NCBI GenBank assembly: GCA_965237415.1
Contig: CBDEFM010000002.1
Location: 2,400,001-2,464,000 of the forward strand
DNA length: 64,000 nt
DNA from: Alphaproteobacteria bacterium
GTDB taxonomy: Bacteria; Pseudomonadota; Alphaproteobacteria; UBA828
Direction: 5' to 3'
Every line of letters begins with the position of its first letter. Position 1 is the first letter of the stretch. Below the pieces are notes generated by a model. That model was not told the DNA's origin. It made no database searches and saw nothing but the letters and a program-made list of their open reading frames with translations. Positions 18,389-28,284 of the stretch are shown one piece after another. Both the position numbers and the translations under genes were made by a program.

Positions 18389-19792
18389 TGTCGAGAACAT
18401 TTTGAGTTGACCGGTTTATGTACCAAATGAGTTGACCGCTTCTGTTGATGTGGTTGGGCCTGTGGGGAAGTGGTCGGGCGCGGAGCGGCTGTCCACTTGT
18501 CCACAGGGCACCGGCGGGCTGCGTCGAAGCGGATCACGCGGCCTGCCGGGTTTGGCTGTCGATGGGCTCGCCGTCGGCGTTGTAGCGGGCCAAGCATCTG
18601 GGGCCGTGGAAGAGGGCGAGGGTTCCGTCTGGATACTCGTGCACCCTGACCCTTGCCTTGACGTAGTGGTGGCGATGGCGGGCGGGTGGGATGTGCAGGC
18701 TCAGGCCGTGGTAGCGCACGGTGTTGTCGTTGCCGACGGTGCGCTCCTGCTGCACGCAGAGGATGTCGTCGAGCGCGCCTGCGAAGGGCACGAAGGCGGA
18801 GCCCTTGTCCTCGGCCGGGGTTGCGAAGCGGGCGTTGTGGAGCGGCAGGTAGAGCTCCCTGAGGAAGCGGTTGGCCTCGGCCATCTCGGTGATGCCGGCG
18901 AGCCTGAGTTCCTGGGGCAGGCGTTTCTGCAAGGTCCCGAACATGCGCTCGGAGCGCGCCCTGGCCTCGGGCGAATAGGCCGCGATCGGCTCGATGTCGA
19001 GCTGCTGAAGCGCACGGCCGACCTGGGTCGGCTTGTCCTTGTCCACCGTGCCGCCGGCCTCGGGCGTGTGCCAGTAGTGGCTGGCCCGGTCGGCGTAGAG
19101 CGAGCAGAACAGGCCCTTGGCCCGGATCACCTCGGACAGCGCCCGGAAACTCGACATCGTACCCTCCTCGTCGACGAAGAAGGCCGAGTAGATCTCGCTG
19201 GTGGCGTCGTCCATGGTCACGATCAGGTCCCACCGGCGGCCCGGCACCCACGCGTGGTGCGAGCCGTCCTGGTGCAGCATCATGCCGGGAAGCGCACGGC
19301 GCGGACGCTTGCGCCGGTGCGCGCCGCGCCGGGGCGCAGCCCGCATGCGCCCACGTGCCTGCAAGGTCAGGCGCACCCAGTTGCAGCTGCGCTCGCAGTC
19401 GTGCTCGGCGACCAGCTTCTCGTGGAAGTGCTTGGCCGTGAAGTCCCAGTAGCGGGTGTCGAACAGCTCAAGCACCCGTACCACTTCGTCCACCGGGGCG
19501 CGCCGGGCCGAGACCCGGCCCAGGCGGCGGTCGTAGAGACCGTCGGCGCCCTCCGCCTCGTAGCGATCGCGCCAGCGCCGGAAGGTCCGTTCCGACACGC
19601 CCAGAACCTCCGCCGCCTCGGCCTGGCTCAACAGCCGTGACCTGGTCCGCCCATACACCTCCTCGAACTTCATCAATCTCAGTCCCTGTGCCTGCTCCGT
19701 CCGACGCATCCAAACCCTCCATGGTCTGGATGCCTTCTAAAACCGGACAGATCATCTGGTACATAGACCGGACATATCCTGTGTTACCGACA
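18389..19792 (-). mobile_element. IS1202/IS481-like insertion sequence (1404 bp)
   Basis: TGTCG...CGACA ends; 16-bp DR GTGGCCCATGTTGACC at 18373..18388 and 19793..19808. Confidence 0.93.
18534..19709 (-). CDS. ISNCY/IS1202-type DDE transposase
   Basis: HQDGSHHAW, MDDATS, YADRAS, RSERMFGTLQKRL; homologous to 878..2062. Confidence 0.93.
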   Translation of the reverse strand: MRRTEQAQGLRLMKFEEVYGRTRSRLLSQAEAAEVLGVSERTFRRWRDRYEAEGADGLYDRRLGRVSARRAPVDEVVRVLELFDTRYWDFTAKHFHEKLVAEHDCERSCNWVRLTLQARGRMRAAPRRGAHRRKRPRRALPGMMLHQDGSHHAWVPGRRWDLIVTMDDATSEIYSAFFVDEEGTMSSFRALSEVIRAKGLFCSLYADRASHYWHTPEAGGTVDKDKPTQVGRALQQLDIEPIAAYSPEARARSERMFGTLQKRLPQELRLAGITEMAEANRFLRELYLPLHNARFATPAEDKGSAFVPFAGALDDILCVQQERTVGNDNTVRYHGLSLHIPPARHRHHYVKARVRVHEYPDGTLALFHGPRCLARYNADGEPIDSQTRQAA

Positions 19793-19959
19793 GTGGCCCA
19801 TGTTGACCATGCGGAGGCACAAGTGCGGTGTTATCATCCCTGCGGGTCGCGCAGACCGCGACGCCCTTCTTTGAACTGCTGTCGCACGGAATGACGGCCG
19901 CAGCGGCGATCGGACAGGATGGTTCGGCTCGCCGCGCCACAACAAGGGGAGGAACATCG

Positions 19960-21180
19960 ATGATCAAGACCAAGAAGCGGATCGATTCGAAATCGGAATC
20001 GACGCAGCGCCGCCCGCGCCGTGTATCGAGGCGAAGCGTGCTCAAGGGAGCCGCCGCGGCGGCGGCAGTTGCCGGGTTCACCTGGAAGAGCACCGGTCCC
20101 TTCGTGCGGGACGCGAAGGCGGCGACGCTGGAGCTACGCTGGCTCGGTTGGGAGCACTACAACGTCAAGAGCCTGACCGCCGAGTTCGAGAACCGGCACG
20201 GCGTCAAGGTCAGCGCCGGATTCTTCGACGGCAATTCCGAAGCCTGGAACAAGCTCCGGGCCGGCGGCACCCAGGACTTCGACCTGGTGATGGCGGACGG
20301 ATTCTGGCCGCGCCTCTATGCCAGGCAGGGGCTGGTTCAATCGATCGACTATTCCAAGCTGGACCTGAGCAACGTGTTCGACGACTTCGTGCCCCCGAAA
20401 TTCACCCTGCTGCGCGAGGAGGGCGGCGACAACATGATCGCCGCGCCCAACTGCTGGGGTGGGTATGGGTTGACGGTCAACACCGACAAGGTTGCGGCCG
20501 AGGATCAGGAATCCGTGAGCCTTCTGTTCAACGAAAAGTACGCAGGGCACCTCTCGACCAGTGCCCGCTTCGAGGAGAACATCGCGCTGGCCGGCGTCCT
20601 CGCCGCACACAACATGGGCACGCAGGATGGCGCGCGCCCCGACGGCAAGAGCTTCAACCCCTACGTGCTGTTTGACGAGGAGCTCGAAGAGTGCAAGCGC
20701 CTTCTGATCAAGCAGAAGGAGCTGCTGGTCAATCGCTGGAACGACGAGGACACGCTCGAGCGGCTGCTGCGGGCTCAAGTGGTGTGGGCCTCGCCGGAGT
20801 GGTCCGGGATCTACCGGCGTATTCACTTCGACAAGCTGGACGGCAACTCGGATCTCAACATGCGCCACGTCCTCAAGCCCACGGAAGGCGGGCTCGGTTG
20901 GGTGGACCAGTGGTCCATTACGTCGGGCGTGACCGACAGCGAGAAACTGGAGATCGCGCATAAGTGGATCGATTTCCGGCTTGAGCGCGAGAGCATGAAG
21001 ACGGTGGCGGTCGAAATCGGCTGGGCGCCCACCGTCGACGTTCGCGACATGCTTTCGGACCGTTACGTCGACACCCTCTTCCTCAACGAGACCGCGGCGA
21101 TTCACGGCCTCTACCAGTTCGACGCGCCCTCCTCGCCTGAGAAATGGGAGCGCATCTGGTCGGCAGTGGAAGCAGCCTAG
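19960..21180 (+). CDS. ABC transporter substrate-binding protein (PotD/PotF-like), Tat-exported
   Basis: SRRSVLK twin-arginine signal, KLRAGG..FDLV, PTEGGLGWVD; GGGAGG RBS. Confidence 0.88.
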   Translation: MIKTKKRIDSKSESTQRRPRRVSRRSVLKGAAAAAAVAGFTWKSTGPFVRDAKAATLELRWLGWEHYNVKSLTAEFENRHGVKVSAGFFDGNSEAWNKLRAGGTQDFDLVMADGFWPRLYARQGLVQSIDYSKLDLSNVFDDFVPPKFTLLREEGGDNMIAAPNCWGGYGLTVNTDKVAAEDQESVSLLFNEKYAGHLSTSARFEENIALAGVLAAHNMGTQDGARPDGKSFNPYVLFDEELEECKRLLIKQKELLVNRWNDEDTLERLLRAQVVWASPEWSGIYRRIHFDKLDGNSDLNMRHVLKPTEGGLGWVDQWSITSGVTDSEKLEIAHKWIDFRLERESMKTVAVEIGWAPTVDVRDMLSDRYVDTLFLNETAAIHGLYQFDAPSSPEKWERIWSAVEAA

Positions 21181-21205
21181 CCTCATAGTTCGTGACACCC
21201 GGGCG

Positions 21206-21240
21206 GAGAGGGATCGGACCCCACGGTCCGGTCCCTCTTT
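21206..21240 (+). terminator. Stem-loop after the SBP gene (attenuator or mRNA stabiliser)
   Basis: AGAGGGATCGGACC-CCAC-GGTCCGGTCCCTCT followed by TT. Confidence 0.6.
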
Positions 21241-21309
21241 CTGGGCGCTGACGTTGTTCGCCAGACCGCTAAGCGAGAGGGCGCCGCCCGCGGTGGCGGT
21301 CATGGTGCG

Positions 21310-22404
21310 ATGAGCGATCAGCCAATCCTGCGCATCGAGGCGGTCGAGAAACGCTTCGGCACGGTTCGCGCGGTCGACGGTGTGAGCCTTGAGATCGGCC
21401 GTGGCGAGTTCTTCGCGCTGCTCGGGCCCAGCGGGTCGGGCAAGACCACGCTGCTGCGCATCGTATCCGGCCTGGAGACTCCCGATCGCGGCCGGGTGGA
21501 GATCGGCGGCACCGACGTGACGGCGCTGCCGCCCTATCTGCGCCGCATCGGCATGGTGTTCCAGGATTTCCTTCTGTTTCCGCACCGGACGGTTGCGGAG
21601 AACATCACGTTTCCACTCAAGATGCAGGGCCGGAGTTCGGCCGAGCGGCAGGAACAGCTCGCCTGGATCCTCGGTTTTGTCCACATGGAAGGCCTCGGCG
21701 AGCGCTTCCCCCATCAGCTTTCAGGTGGCCAGAAGCAACGAGTCGCCCTGGCGCGGGGCCTGATCGCGCGGCCCGAGCTTCTCTTGCTCGACGAGCCGCT
21801 GGCCAATCTCGACCGCGAGCTGCGCAAGGAAATGGAGATCGAGGTGCGTCGCTATCAGGAGGAGCTTGGCATCCCCTTCGTCTACGTGACGCACAATCAG
21901 GAAGAAGCGCTGACCATGAGCGACCGCATGGCGGTGATGCACCAGGGCGGCCTGGAGCAGATCGGACCCAAGCTCGAGGTCTACAACGCGCCTGTCACAC
22001 GCTTCGTCGCCTCCTTCGTAGGCGCGCCGAACAAGCTTAGCGGGCGCGTGATCGACGGCGACGGCGAGCGCCTGCGCATCGATTGGGGGGGTATCACGCT
22101 GACCGGTCGCGGTGCGAGCGGAGCCCGGCCGGACGATCCGGTGGAGTTGTTTCTCAAGAGCGAGCGTATCGCCCTCAGACCCGCGGCGGACGGCATTCAA
22201 CACGAAAACCGGATCGAAGGGACGGTGCGGGACATCATCTTCAAGGGTCAGTTCGCCGACTATATCGTGCGCGCCGACAACGAGGTGGAGCTGGTCGTGA
22301 GCGGGCCGCCCAGCATCGCGGGAGTCGATCGCAATTCCCGCGTGAGCCTGGGCTGGGATGTCGAAGCGGCCGATGTGTTCACGGTCGAGGACGGCGAGCC
22401 GTGA
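21310..22404 (+). CDS. ABC transporter ATP-binding protein (PotA-like)
   Basis: GPSGSGKT, LSGGQKQRVALAR, LLDEP, VTHNQEEA, TOBE-like tail. Confidence 0.93.
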   Translation: MSDQPILRIEAVEKRFGTVRAVDGVSLEIGRGEFFALLGPSGSGKTTLLRIVSGLETPDRGRVEIGGTDVTALPPYLRRIGMVFQDFLLFPHRTVAENITFPLKMQGRSSAERQEQLAWILGFVHMEGLGERFPHQLSGGQKQRVALARGLIARPELLLLDEPLANLDRELRKEMEIEVRRYQEELGIPFVYVTHNQEEALTMSDRMAVMHQGGLEQIGPKLEVYNAPVTRFVASFVGAPNKLSGRVIDGDGERLRIDWGGITLTGRGASGARPDDPVELFLKSERIALRPAADGIQHENRIEGTVRDIIFKGQFADYIVRADNEVELVVSGPPSIAGVDRNSRVSLGWDVEAADVFTVEDGEP

Positions 22405-22416
22405 CTCTGGTGAGAA

Positions 22417-23301
22417 ATGCGGGCTAGGCGCCGTGCCCTGCACCTCGACCCGCGCGTGCGGTTCGCCGCGCTGGTGGGGCCGGGCGCCCTGTTTATCCTC
22501 CTGTTTCTGCTGATTCCGCTTCTCTCGATCCTGGTATTCAGCTTCTGGCGGACCGAAAACTACGAGCTGATCCAGGACTGGAACCTGAACAACTACGGGT
22601 CGGTTCTGGGCGAGTGGATCTACCTCAAGTTCCTGCTGCGCTCGCTTGCCATGGCCGCTGCGGTTTCCACCGTCTGCCTTATCTACGCCTGGCCTTGTGC
22701 ATACCTGATCGCCAAACACGGCGGCGGCTACCGCTTGATTCTCGTGCTGCTTACTGCGGCACCGTTCCTCACCGGCATCCTGCTGCGTATCACCGCAATG
22801 CAGCAGATTCTGGGCCCTATAGGGCTGGTCAACATGGCACTGATGGAGCTCGGTCTGCCTCCGATCGAAGTGCTCATGTACACCAACATCGCCAGCGCAG
22901 TCGGTTTGATCTACCTGTGGATCCCCTTCATGTTGCTCGCCATTTACCTCTCGCTCTTCAACTTCAATTTCGAGTTGCTGGAAGTGGCGAAGGTGTGCGG
23001 CGCAAAGCCATGGCGTGCCTTCATGGAGGTGACGTGGCCGCTCAACTGGATAGGAACGGCCATCGGGATCGTGCTCGTTTTTATTCCCACCTTCGCCGCC
23101 TCGGTGACACCGCGCTTTCTGGGCGGCACGAACGGCGCGATGTTCGTCAACCGTCTCGAGCACCAGTTCGGATCGGCCGGCACGTGGGCCCTCGGCTCGG
23201 CGATGGGGGTGGTGATGTGCGTCGCCTCGCTCGTGGTCACCTTCATGCTCTGGCGCACGATCAGGCTGCGCCGTGCCGGCTTCACAGGCGCGGGGGCCTG
23301 A
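22417..23301 (+). CDS. ABC transporter permease (PotB-like)
   Basis: Multi-TM with EAA-like loop EVAKVCGA. Confidence 0.9.
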   Translation: MRARRRALHLDPRVRFAALVGPGALFILLFLLIPLLSILVFSFWRTENYELIQDWNLNNYGSVLGEWIYLKFLLRSLAMAAAVSTVCLIYAWPCAYLIAKHGGGYRLILVLLTAAPFLTGILLRITAMQQILGPIGLVNMALMELGLPPIEVLMYTNIASAVGLIYLWIPFMLLAIYLSLFNFNFELLEVAKVCGAKPWRAFMEVTWPLNWIGTAIGIVLVFIPTFAASVTPRFLGGTNGAMFVNRLEHQFGSAGTWALGSAMGVVMCVASLVVTFMLWRTIRLRRAGFTGAGA

Positions 23302-23302
23302 C

Positions 23303-24121
23303 GTGGCCGCGGTGAACCCAGGCGAGCGCTTCGCGATCGGCGGCCAGACGGTATTGCTGTTGGCGCTCTACCTGTTCCTCTACTTCCCCATCTTCTACAT
23401 CGGCTACCTGTCGGTCGTGGATAACAGCGTATGGCCGTTCCCGCCGGTGTTTACCGGCGAGTGGTACGGCCGCCTCATGATCATGAGCGACTTCCACACA
23501 GGCCTGTTGAACAGCGTTTTCATCGGTGCCGGCACTGCCGTGCTCTCGACGCTGTTCGCCACGACCGCGGCAATCGGGATTCTCCGCTATCCGCTGCGCC
23601 GCCGAGGACTCATAGTCGTCCTGTTTCTCGTGCCGCTCTTCGTCGCCCAGGTCCTGATCGGCATATCGACCCTGATGTTCAACCGGAACGTGCTCGGCAT
23701 TCCCGGCAACATCGAGTCGGCGATCGTGGCCAACACGACCTACAGCGTGTCCTTCGCGTTTCTCGTGATCCTGGCGCAGCTCGTGCGCTACGACTGGCGC
23801 TTCGACGAGGTTGCCCAGGTGTTCGGCGCGCGGCCGATGCGCTGCTTCCGGGAAGTGACGTTCCCCAACATCTGGCCGGCCGTCCTCGGCGCCTTCATCA
23901 TCAGCTTCATTCTGGGTTTCAACAACTTCGAGATCACCTTCTACAACGTGGCAGCCATTCCGACGCTCCCCACCATCGCCTGGGGGACGCTCCGCCATGG
24001 AATCGAGCCCGAGCTTTACGCGCTGGCGACCATCGTCAATGCGCTGGTCTTCGTCCTTCTATTCGTCATCTACCTGCTGATTCGCGTCGGCGCGCTCCGG
24101 CTCGGCGTGCCGGACAACTGA
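23303..24121 (+). CDS. ABC transporter permease (PotC-like)
   Basis: Multi-TM with EVAQVFGA loop. Confidence 0.9.
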   Translation: MAAVNPGERFAIGGQTVLLLALYLFLYFPIFYIGYLSVVDNSVWPFPPVFTGEWYGRLMIMSDFHTGLLNSVFIGAGTAVLSTLFATTAAIGILRYPLRRRGLIVVLFLVPLFVAQVLIGISTLMFNRNVLGIPGNIESAIVANTTYSVSFAFLVILAQLVRYDWRFDEVAQVFGARPMRCFREVTFPNIWPAVLGAFIISFILGFNNFEITFYNVAAIPTLPTIAWGTLRHGIEPELYALATIVNALVFVLLFVIYLLIRVGALRLGVPDN

Positions 24122-24136
24122 GGTCCGTTCCGGTGC

Positions 24137-25255
24137 CTATGCGGTCACTCGATAGTCGCGAATGACATCCGGATCCGGCTCGGCACCGAGGCCGGGGCCG
24201 GTGGGAATTCGAAAGAGGCCACCCTCGGTCGGGGAGACGAAGCCGGGGTAAAGCGTTGCCTCGAGCCGCGTGTAGAAGCGCTCGGCCCAGCCCCCGCCGG
24301 GCCCGCCGGTGAGCGGCATCGCAGAGAGGAGCTGAAGCGTGGCCAGCCAGCCGGGGCCGAAGTAGGGCGAGTGCGGCATCACCGTCACGTCGTGTCCTTC
24401 GGCCAGCGCCAGCACCTTGTGGAACTCGGTGACGCCGCCCACCTTGGTCACGCTCGGTTGCACGTAGCGCACCGCGCCCGCATCCAGCAGTCGCCGGAAC
24501 TCGAACGCCGTGCACGCGTTCTCACCGCAGGCGAGGTCGATGCCAGACTCCTGCTGAAGCCGTGCCAGCGCCGCAAAATCCTCCGGTGGGAAGATGGGCT
24601 CTTCCAGCCAGTGGAGGTCGTAAGGCTTGAGCCGGGCCGCCATGCTGAGCGCCTCGGCCGGCGTCCAGGGACAGTTCGTGTCCGTGCAGAGCGGCATGTC
24701 CGCCCCCATCGCCTCGCGCGCCGCGGCGATCTCTGCCTCGCCCGTCTCGTGGAGCTTGATGGCGGGGTAGCCTTCGTCGAGTGCGGCACGCACGGTCTGC
24801 GCAACGAGTTCCCGGTCCCGGTACTTCAGCAGGCTTGCGTAGCCGGGAACGAGCGGTGGGGCGGCCGGCCCGCCGAGGAGCTGGCCGAGCGGCAGCCCCG
24901 CTCTTTTTCCCGCGAGATCCCAAAGCGCGATGTCGATGGCCGAGATCCCGAACATGGTGATGCCGTAACGGCCGAAGAGATGCAGCGCCTGCTGGAGCTC
25001 GCGGTTCAGCGACGCGATGGCGGTAGCGTCGCGGCCGATCAGGATGGGCGCCACCGTCGCGTCGACGACCGCCTGCACCGCCGGCAGGCAGTTATAGCTG
25101 AAGGCTTCCCCCCAGCCGGTGGCGCCGTCCTCGGTCTCGACCCGCACCAGGAGGATGCTGAGTCCCTCCCACGCCTGCCCGCCCCAGGCCGGCGGCGGCC
25201 CGCCGTGCTCGTGCGGGATGACGAGGGGGATCGTTTCGATGCGGGCGATTTTCAT
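24137..25255 (-). CDS. Mandelate racemase / muconate lactonizing enzyme family
   Basis: SAIDIALWDL, DTN, WLEEP, GEN, PHS. Confidence 0.9.
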   Translation of the reverse strand: MKIARIETIPLVIPHEHGGPPPAWGGQAWEGLSILLVRVETEDGATGWGEAFSYNCLPAVQAVVDATVAPILIGRDATAIASLNRELQQALHLFGRYGITMFGISAIDIALWDLAGKRAGLPLGQLLGGPAAPPLVPGYASLLKYRDRELVAQTVRAALDEGYPAIKLHETGEAEIAAAREAMGADMPLCTDTNCPWTPAEALSMAARLKPYDLHWLEEPIFPPEDFAALARLQQESGIDLACGENACTAFEFRRLLDAGAVRYVQPSVTKVGGVTEFHKVLALAEGHDVTVMPHSPYFGPGWLATLQLLSAMPLTGGPGGGWAERFYTRLEATLYPGFVSPTEGGLFRIPTGPGLGAEPDPDVIRDYRVTA

Positions 25256-25290
25256 GCGCGTATCCCAAGCGTGGATTGTCGAAACCGAGG

Positions 25291-26025
25291 TCAGGGGAGG
25301 TCGCCGACCAAGTCACGGATGTGGCCGGGCGGTGTCGGCGGCAGTTCGATGCCGAAGCGGCGCTTCAGTGCGTCGGCAATGAGCTCGAAGCAGGCGCCGT
25401 AGCGAACGACCTCGAAGGTCTCCAGGTCGAGTAGGGTCGATGAGGTCCGATACAGGTGAAAGAGGCGAAGCCCGTGGTCGATGACGATGTCCGCAATCGC
25501 GATCAGCTCCGGCTCGATGTCGTCCACGCGGAACTTCGTGCCGGATAGCGAGAGGTTGGCGGACGAGCCGAACAGCGGGTGCAGGGCCTCGCGGCTGAGC
25601 CGGGTGATCGCCGCGTGGAACGGGCCCGCGTTGAGCAGCATCAGCACGGTGCCGGCGCTGGTGGACGCTGCAAGCGCTTCCGGCTCCATCTTCCGCAGGA
25701 TGGGGTGATCCATGCGCGCCGGTGCGATCGCGCCGAGCGGCAGGTCGTAGTCTTCGATCAAGGTGCTGGCGACGTCCCACCCCTTTTGATCGAGGACGTG
25801 AAGCTCGCGATGCAGGGTCAGGTCGCCGAGCATCGCGTTCAGCTTCGACGGAGTGCGCCGCTTGGTCTCGAAGATCGTCTTCAGCGCCGCGGCCGACCCG
25901 CCGATCGCAGAGTAGCCGACGCTCATGGGCAGGATGGCAATTCCGCCGCGTTCGAGAACGGCGAAGGCACGCTCGGCATCGCGCTGAACGTCCGGTCTAC
26001 CTGTCACGTTCGGAATTCCCTCCAC
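25291..26025 (-). CDS. Sua5/YrdC-like protein (divergent; start uncertain)
   Basis: GGIAILP..VGY, FETKRR, GSSANLS, SSTLLD. Confidence 0.7.
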   Translation of the reverse strand: MEGIPNVTGRPDVQRDAERAFAVLERGGIAILPMSVGYSAIGGSAAALKTIFETKRRTPSKLNAMLGDLTLHRELHVLDQKGWDVASTLIEDYDLPLGAIAPARMDHPILRKMEPEALAASTSAGTVLMLLNAGPFHAAITRLSREALHPLFGSSANLSLSGTKFRVDDIEPELIAIADIVIDHGLRLFHLYRTSSTLLDLETFEVVRYGACFELIADALKRRFGIELPPTPPGHIRDLVGDLP

Positions 26026-26061
26026 GGCCGTGCAAGCCGTGACCGTGGCAAGATTTTCGGG

Positions 26062-27972
26062 CTAGCCCTCCGCCGGCGGGCCGCCGTAGCCGAGCGGGCG
26101 AACCGCGTCCGCGATCTCGCCCAAGATCGCCGGATCGTCGATCGTTGCCGGGATCTTGACCTCTTCCCCGTCGGCGATCTTCGCCATGGTGCCGCGCAGA
26201 ATCTTGCCCGAGCGGGTCTTCGGCAGGCGCTCCACCACCGCCGCCTGCTTGAAGGCGGCGACCGGGCCGATGGTCTCGCGCACCATGCGCACGAGCTCCA
26301 CCACGATCTCGTCCGCCGGCCGGTTGACGCCCGACTTCAGCACGACGAATCCCAGTGGGAGCTGCCCCTTCAGCGCGTCGGCGACGCCGACGACCGCGCA
26401 TTCCGCCACGTCCTGATGCGCCGCCAGCACCTCTTCCATGGCGCCGGTGGAGAGCCGGTGGCCCGCCACATTGATGATGTCGTCGGTGCGGCTCATGATC
26501 CAGAGATAGCCGTCCTCGTCGACGACGCCGGCATCGCCGGTCAGGTAATAGCCGGGGAAACGCGTGAAGTAGGCTTCCTCGAAGCGCTTGTCGTTGTTCC
26601 AGAGCGTCGGCGTGAAGCCGGGCGGCAACGGAAGCCGGACCACGATCGAGCCGATGCCGCCCGGCGGCACCTGTTCGCCCGCTTCATCCACCACCTCGAT
26701 CCGATAGCCCGGCACCGGTTTGGTGGGTGAGCCGGGCTTCACCGGCAGCGCGCCGAGGCCTGTGCAGTTGGCGCCCATGGGCCAGCCGGACTCGGTCTGC
26801 CACCAGTGGTCGAAGACGGGGCGCTCCAGATGACGCTCGGCCCAGGCGAGGGTGTCGGGATCGGTGCGCTCGCCGGCGAGGAACAGCGTATCGAAGCAGG
26901 AGATGTCGTAGTCCGCGAGGCGGGCTGCGTTGGGGTCGTCGCGCTTGATCGCACGGAACGCGGTCGGCGCGGTGAACATGGCGCTCACCCCGTGCTCGGA
27001 GATCACCCGCCAATAGGCGCCGGCGTCGGGGGTGCCGACCGGCTTGCCCTCGAAGAGGATCGACGGGCAGCCGTAGATGAGCGGCGCGTACACGATATAG
27101 GAGTGGCCGACCACCCAGCCGATATCGGACGCCGCCCACCACACTTGGCCCGGCGCCCGGTTGTAGACGCCGCTCATGCTCCAATGGAGCGCCACCAGGT
27201 GCCCGCCGTTGTCGCGCACGATGCCCTTGGGATCGCCGGTGGTGCCGGAGGTGTAGAGGATATAGAGGGGGTCGGTCGCGGCGACGGGCACGCACCCCAC
27301 CGGCTCCGCCTGCGCCATGACCTCCTCCCAGGTCTCGTCGCGGCCGGCCGTGAGCGGCGCCTCCAGCTCGGGCCGTTGCACGACGATGCACCGCTCCGGC
27401 TTGTGGCGCGCGCGCTCGATCGCCTCGTCCACTAGCGGCTTATAGGCGATGACCCGGTTCACCTCGATGCCGCAGGAGCCACAGACGATGACCTTGGGCT
27501 TCGCGTCGTCGATCCTGGTCGCAAGCTCGTTCGCCGCGAAACCGCCGAACACCACGGAGTGAATGGCGCCGATGCGGGCGCAGGCCAGCATCGCGATGGC
27601 AGCTTCCGGGACCATCGGCAGGTAGAGAACGACACGGTCGCCCCGGCCGACACCGCGTGCGCTGAGCGCACCGGCGAAGCGCGCGGCGAGCCCCTGCAGC
27701 TCGGCATAAGTGAAGCTCTGGACGATGCCGGTGACGGGACTGTCGTAGATCAGTGCCGTCTGTTTGCCGCGCCCCGCGTCCACGTGGCGATCCAGCGCGT
27801 TGTGGCAGGTATTGACCTCGGCGCCAGGGAACCAGCGGTAGAAGGGCGGGCGTGAGTCATCGAAGACACGGTCCCACCGCTTCACCCAGTCGATGCCTTC
27901 GGCCGCCTCGGCCCAGAAGGCCTCGGGGTCTTCGAGCGAGCGCGCATAGGTCTCGTCGTAGCGGCTGGTCAT
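26062..27972 (-). CDS. prpE: Propionyl-CoA synthetase
   Basis: YTSGTTGDPKG, DHWWQTE, NVAGHRL, LPKTRSGKILR, PATIDDP. Confidence 0.9.
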   Translation of the reverse strand: MTSRYDETYARSLEDPEAFWAEAAEGIDWVKRWDRVFDDSRPPFYRWFPGAEVNTCHNALDRHVDAGRGKQTALIYDSPVTGIVQSFTYAELQGLAARFAGALSARGVGRGDRVVLYLPMVPEAAIAMLACARIGAIHSVVFGGFAANELATRIDDAKPKVIVCGSCGIEVNRVIAYKPLVDEAIERARHKPERCIVVQRPELEAPLTAGRDETWEEVMAQAEPVGCVPVAATDPLYILYTSGTTGDPKGIVRDNGGHLVALHWSMSGVYNRAPGQVWWAASDIGWVVGHSYIVYAPLIYGCPSILFEGKPVGTPDAGAYWRVISEHGVSAMFTAPTAFRAIKRDDPNAARLADYDISCFDTLFLAGERTDPDTLAWAERHLERPVFDHWWQTESGWPMGANCTGLGALPVKPGSPTKPVPGYRIEVVDEAGEQVPPGGIGSIVVRLPLPPGFTPTLWNNDKRFEEAYFTRFPGYYLTGDAGVVDEDGYLWIMSRTDDIINVAGHRLSTGAMEEVLAAHQDVAECAVVGVADALKGQLPLGFVVLKSGVNRPADEIVVELVRMVRETIGPVAAFKQAAVVERLPKTRSGKILRGTMAKIADGEEVKIPATIDDPAILGEIADAVRPLGYGGPPAEG

Positions 27973-28284
27973 GGGGCGGATCCCGGTCGGTGGCGGTGCC
28001 GCCGATATTGGCGCGCGCTCACGGGCCGGGCAAGCGTGGGCGGCCGCCGGCAAGTCGTGGGACATGAGGAGGGCCGGGTCGCAAGGCGGCCCGGACGGCG
28101 CGACCGCGCCGCGCGCGTATGCGCGTAGGCAAGCGAGCGGAGCTCGCGCCCGCCGATTGAGGGATATGATTAACTTCGCGCCCGGCGCCTGAGGGGCATA
28201 ACGAGAAACTTGGCGGCTTGTCTTGGGTCCGTAATCCTGTACCGTGCGCCCGGTCTTTCGTGACGACGCCGAGACGCCGGGGTC

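Noticed and set aside
25291-26025. Calling this the housekeeping tsaC
   Set aside because: Motifs are divergent and the context is catabolic, so only a family-level call is given.
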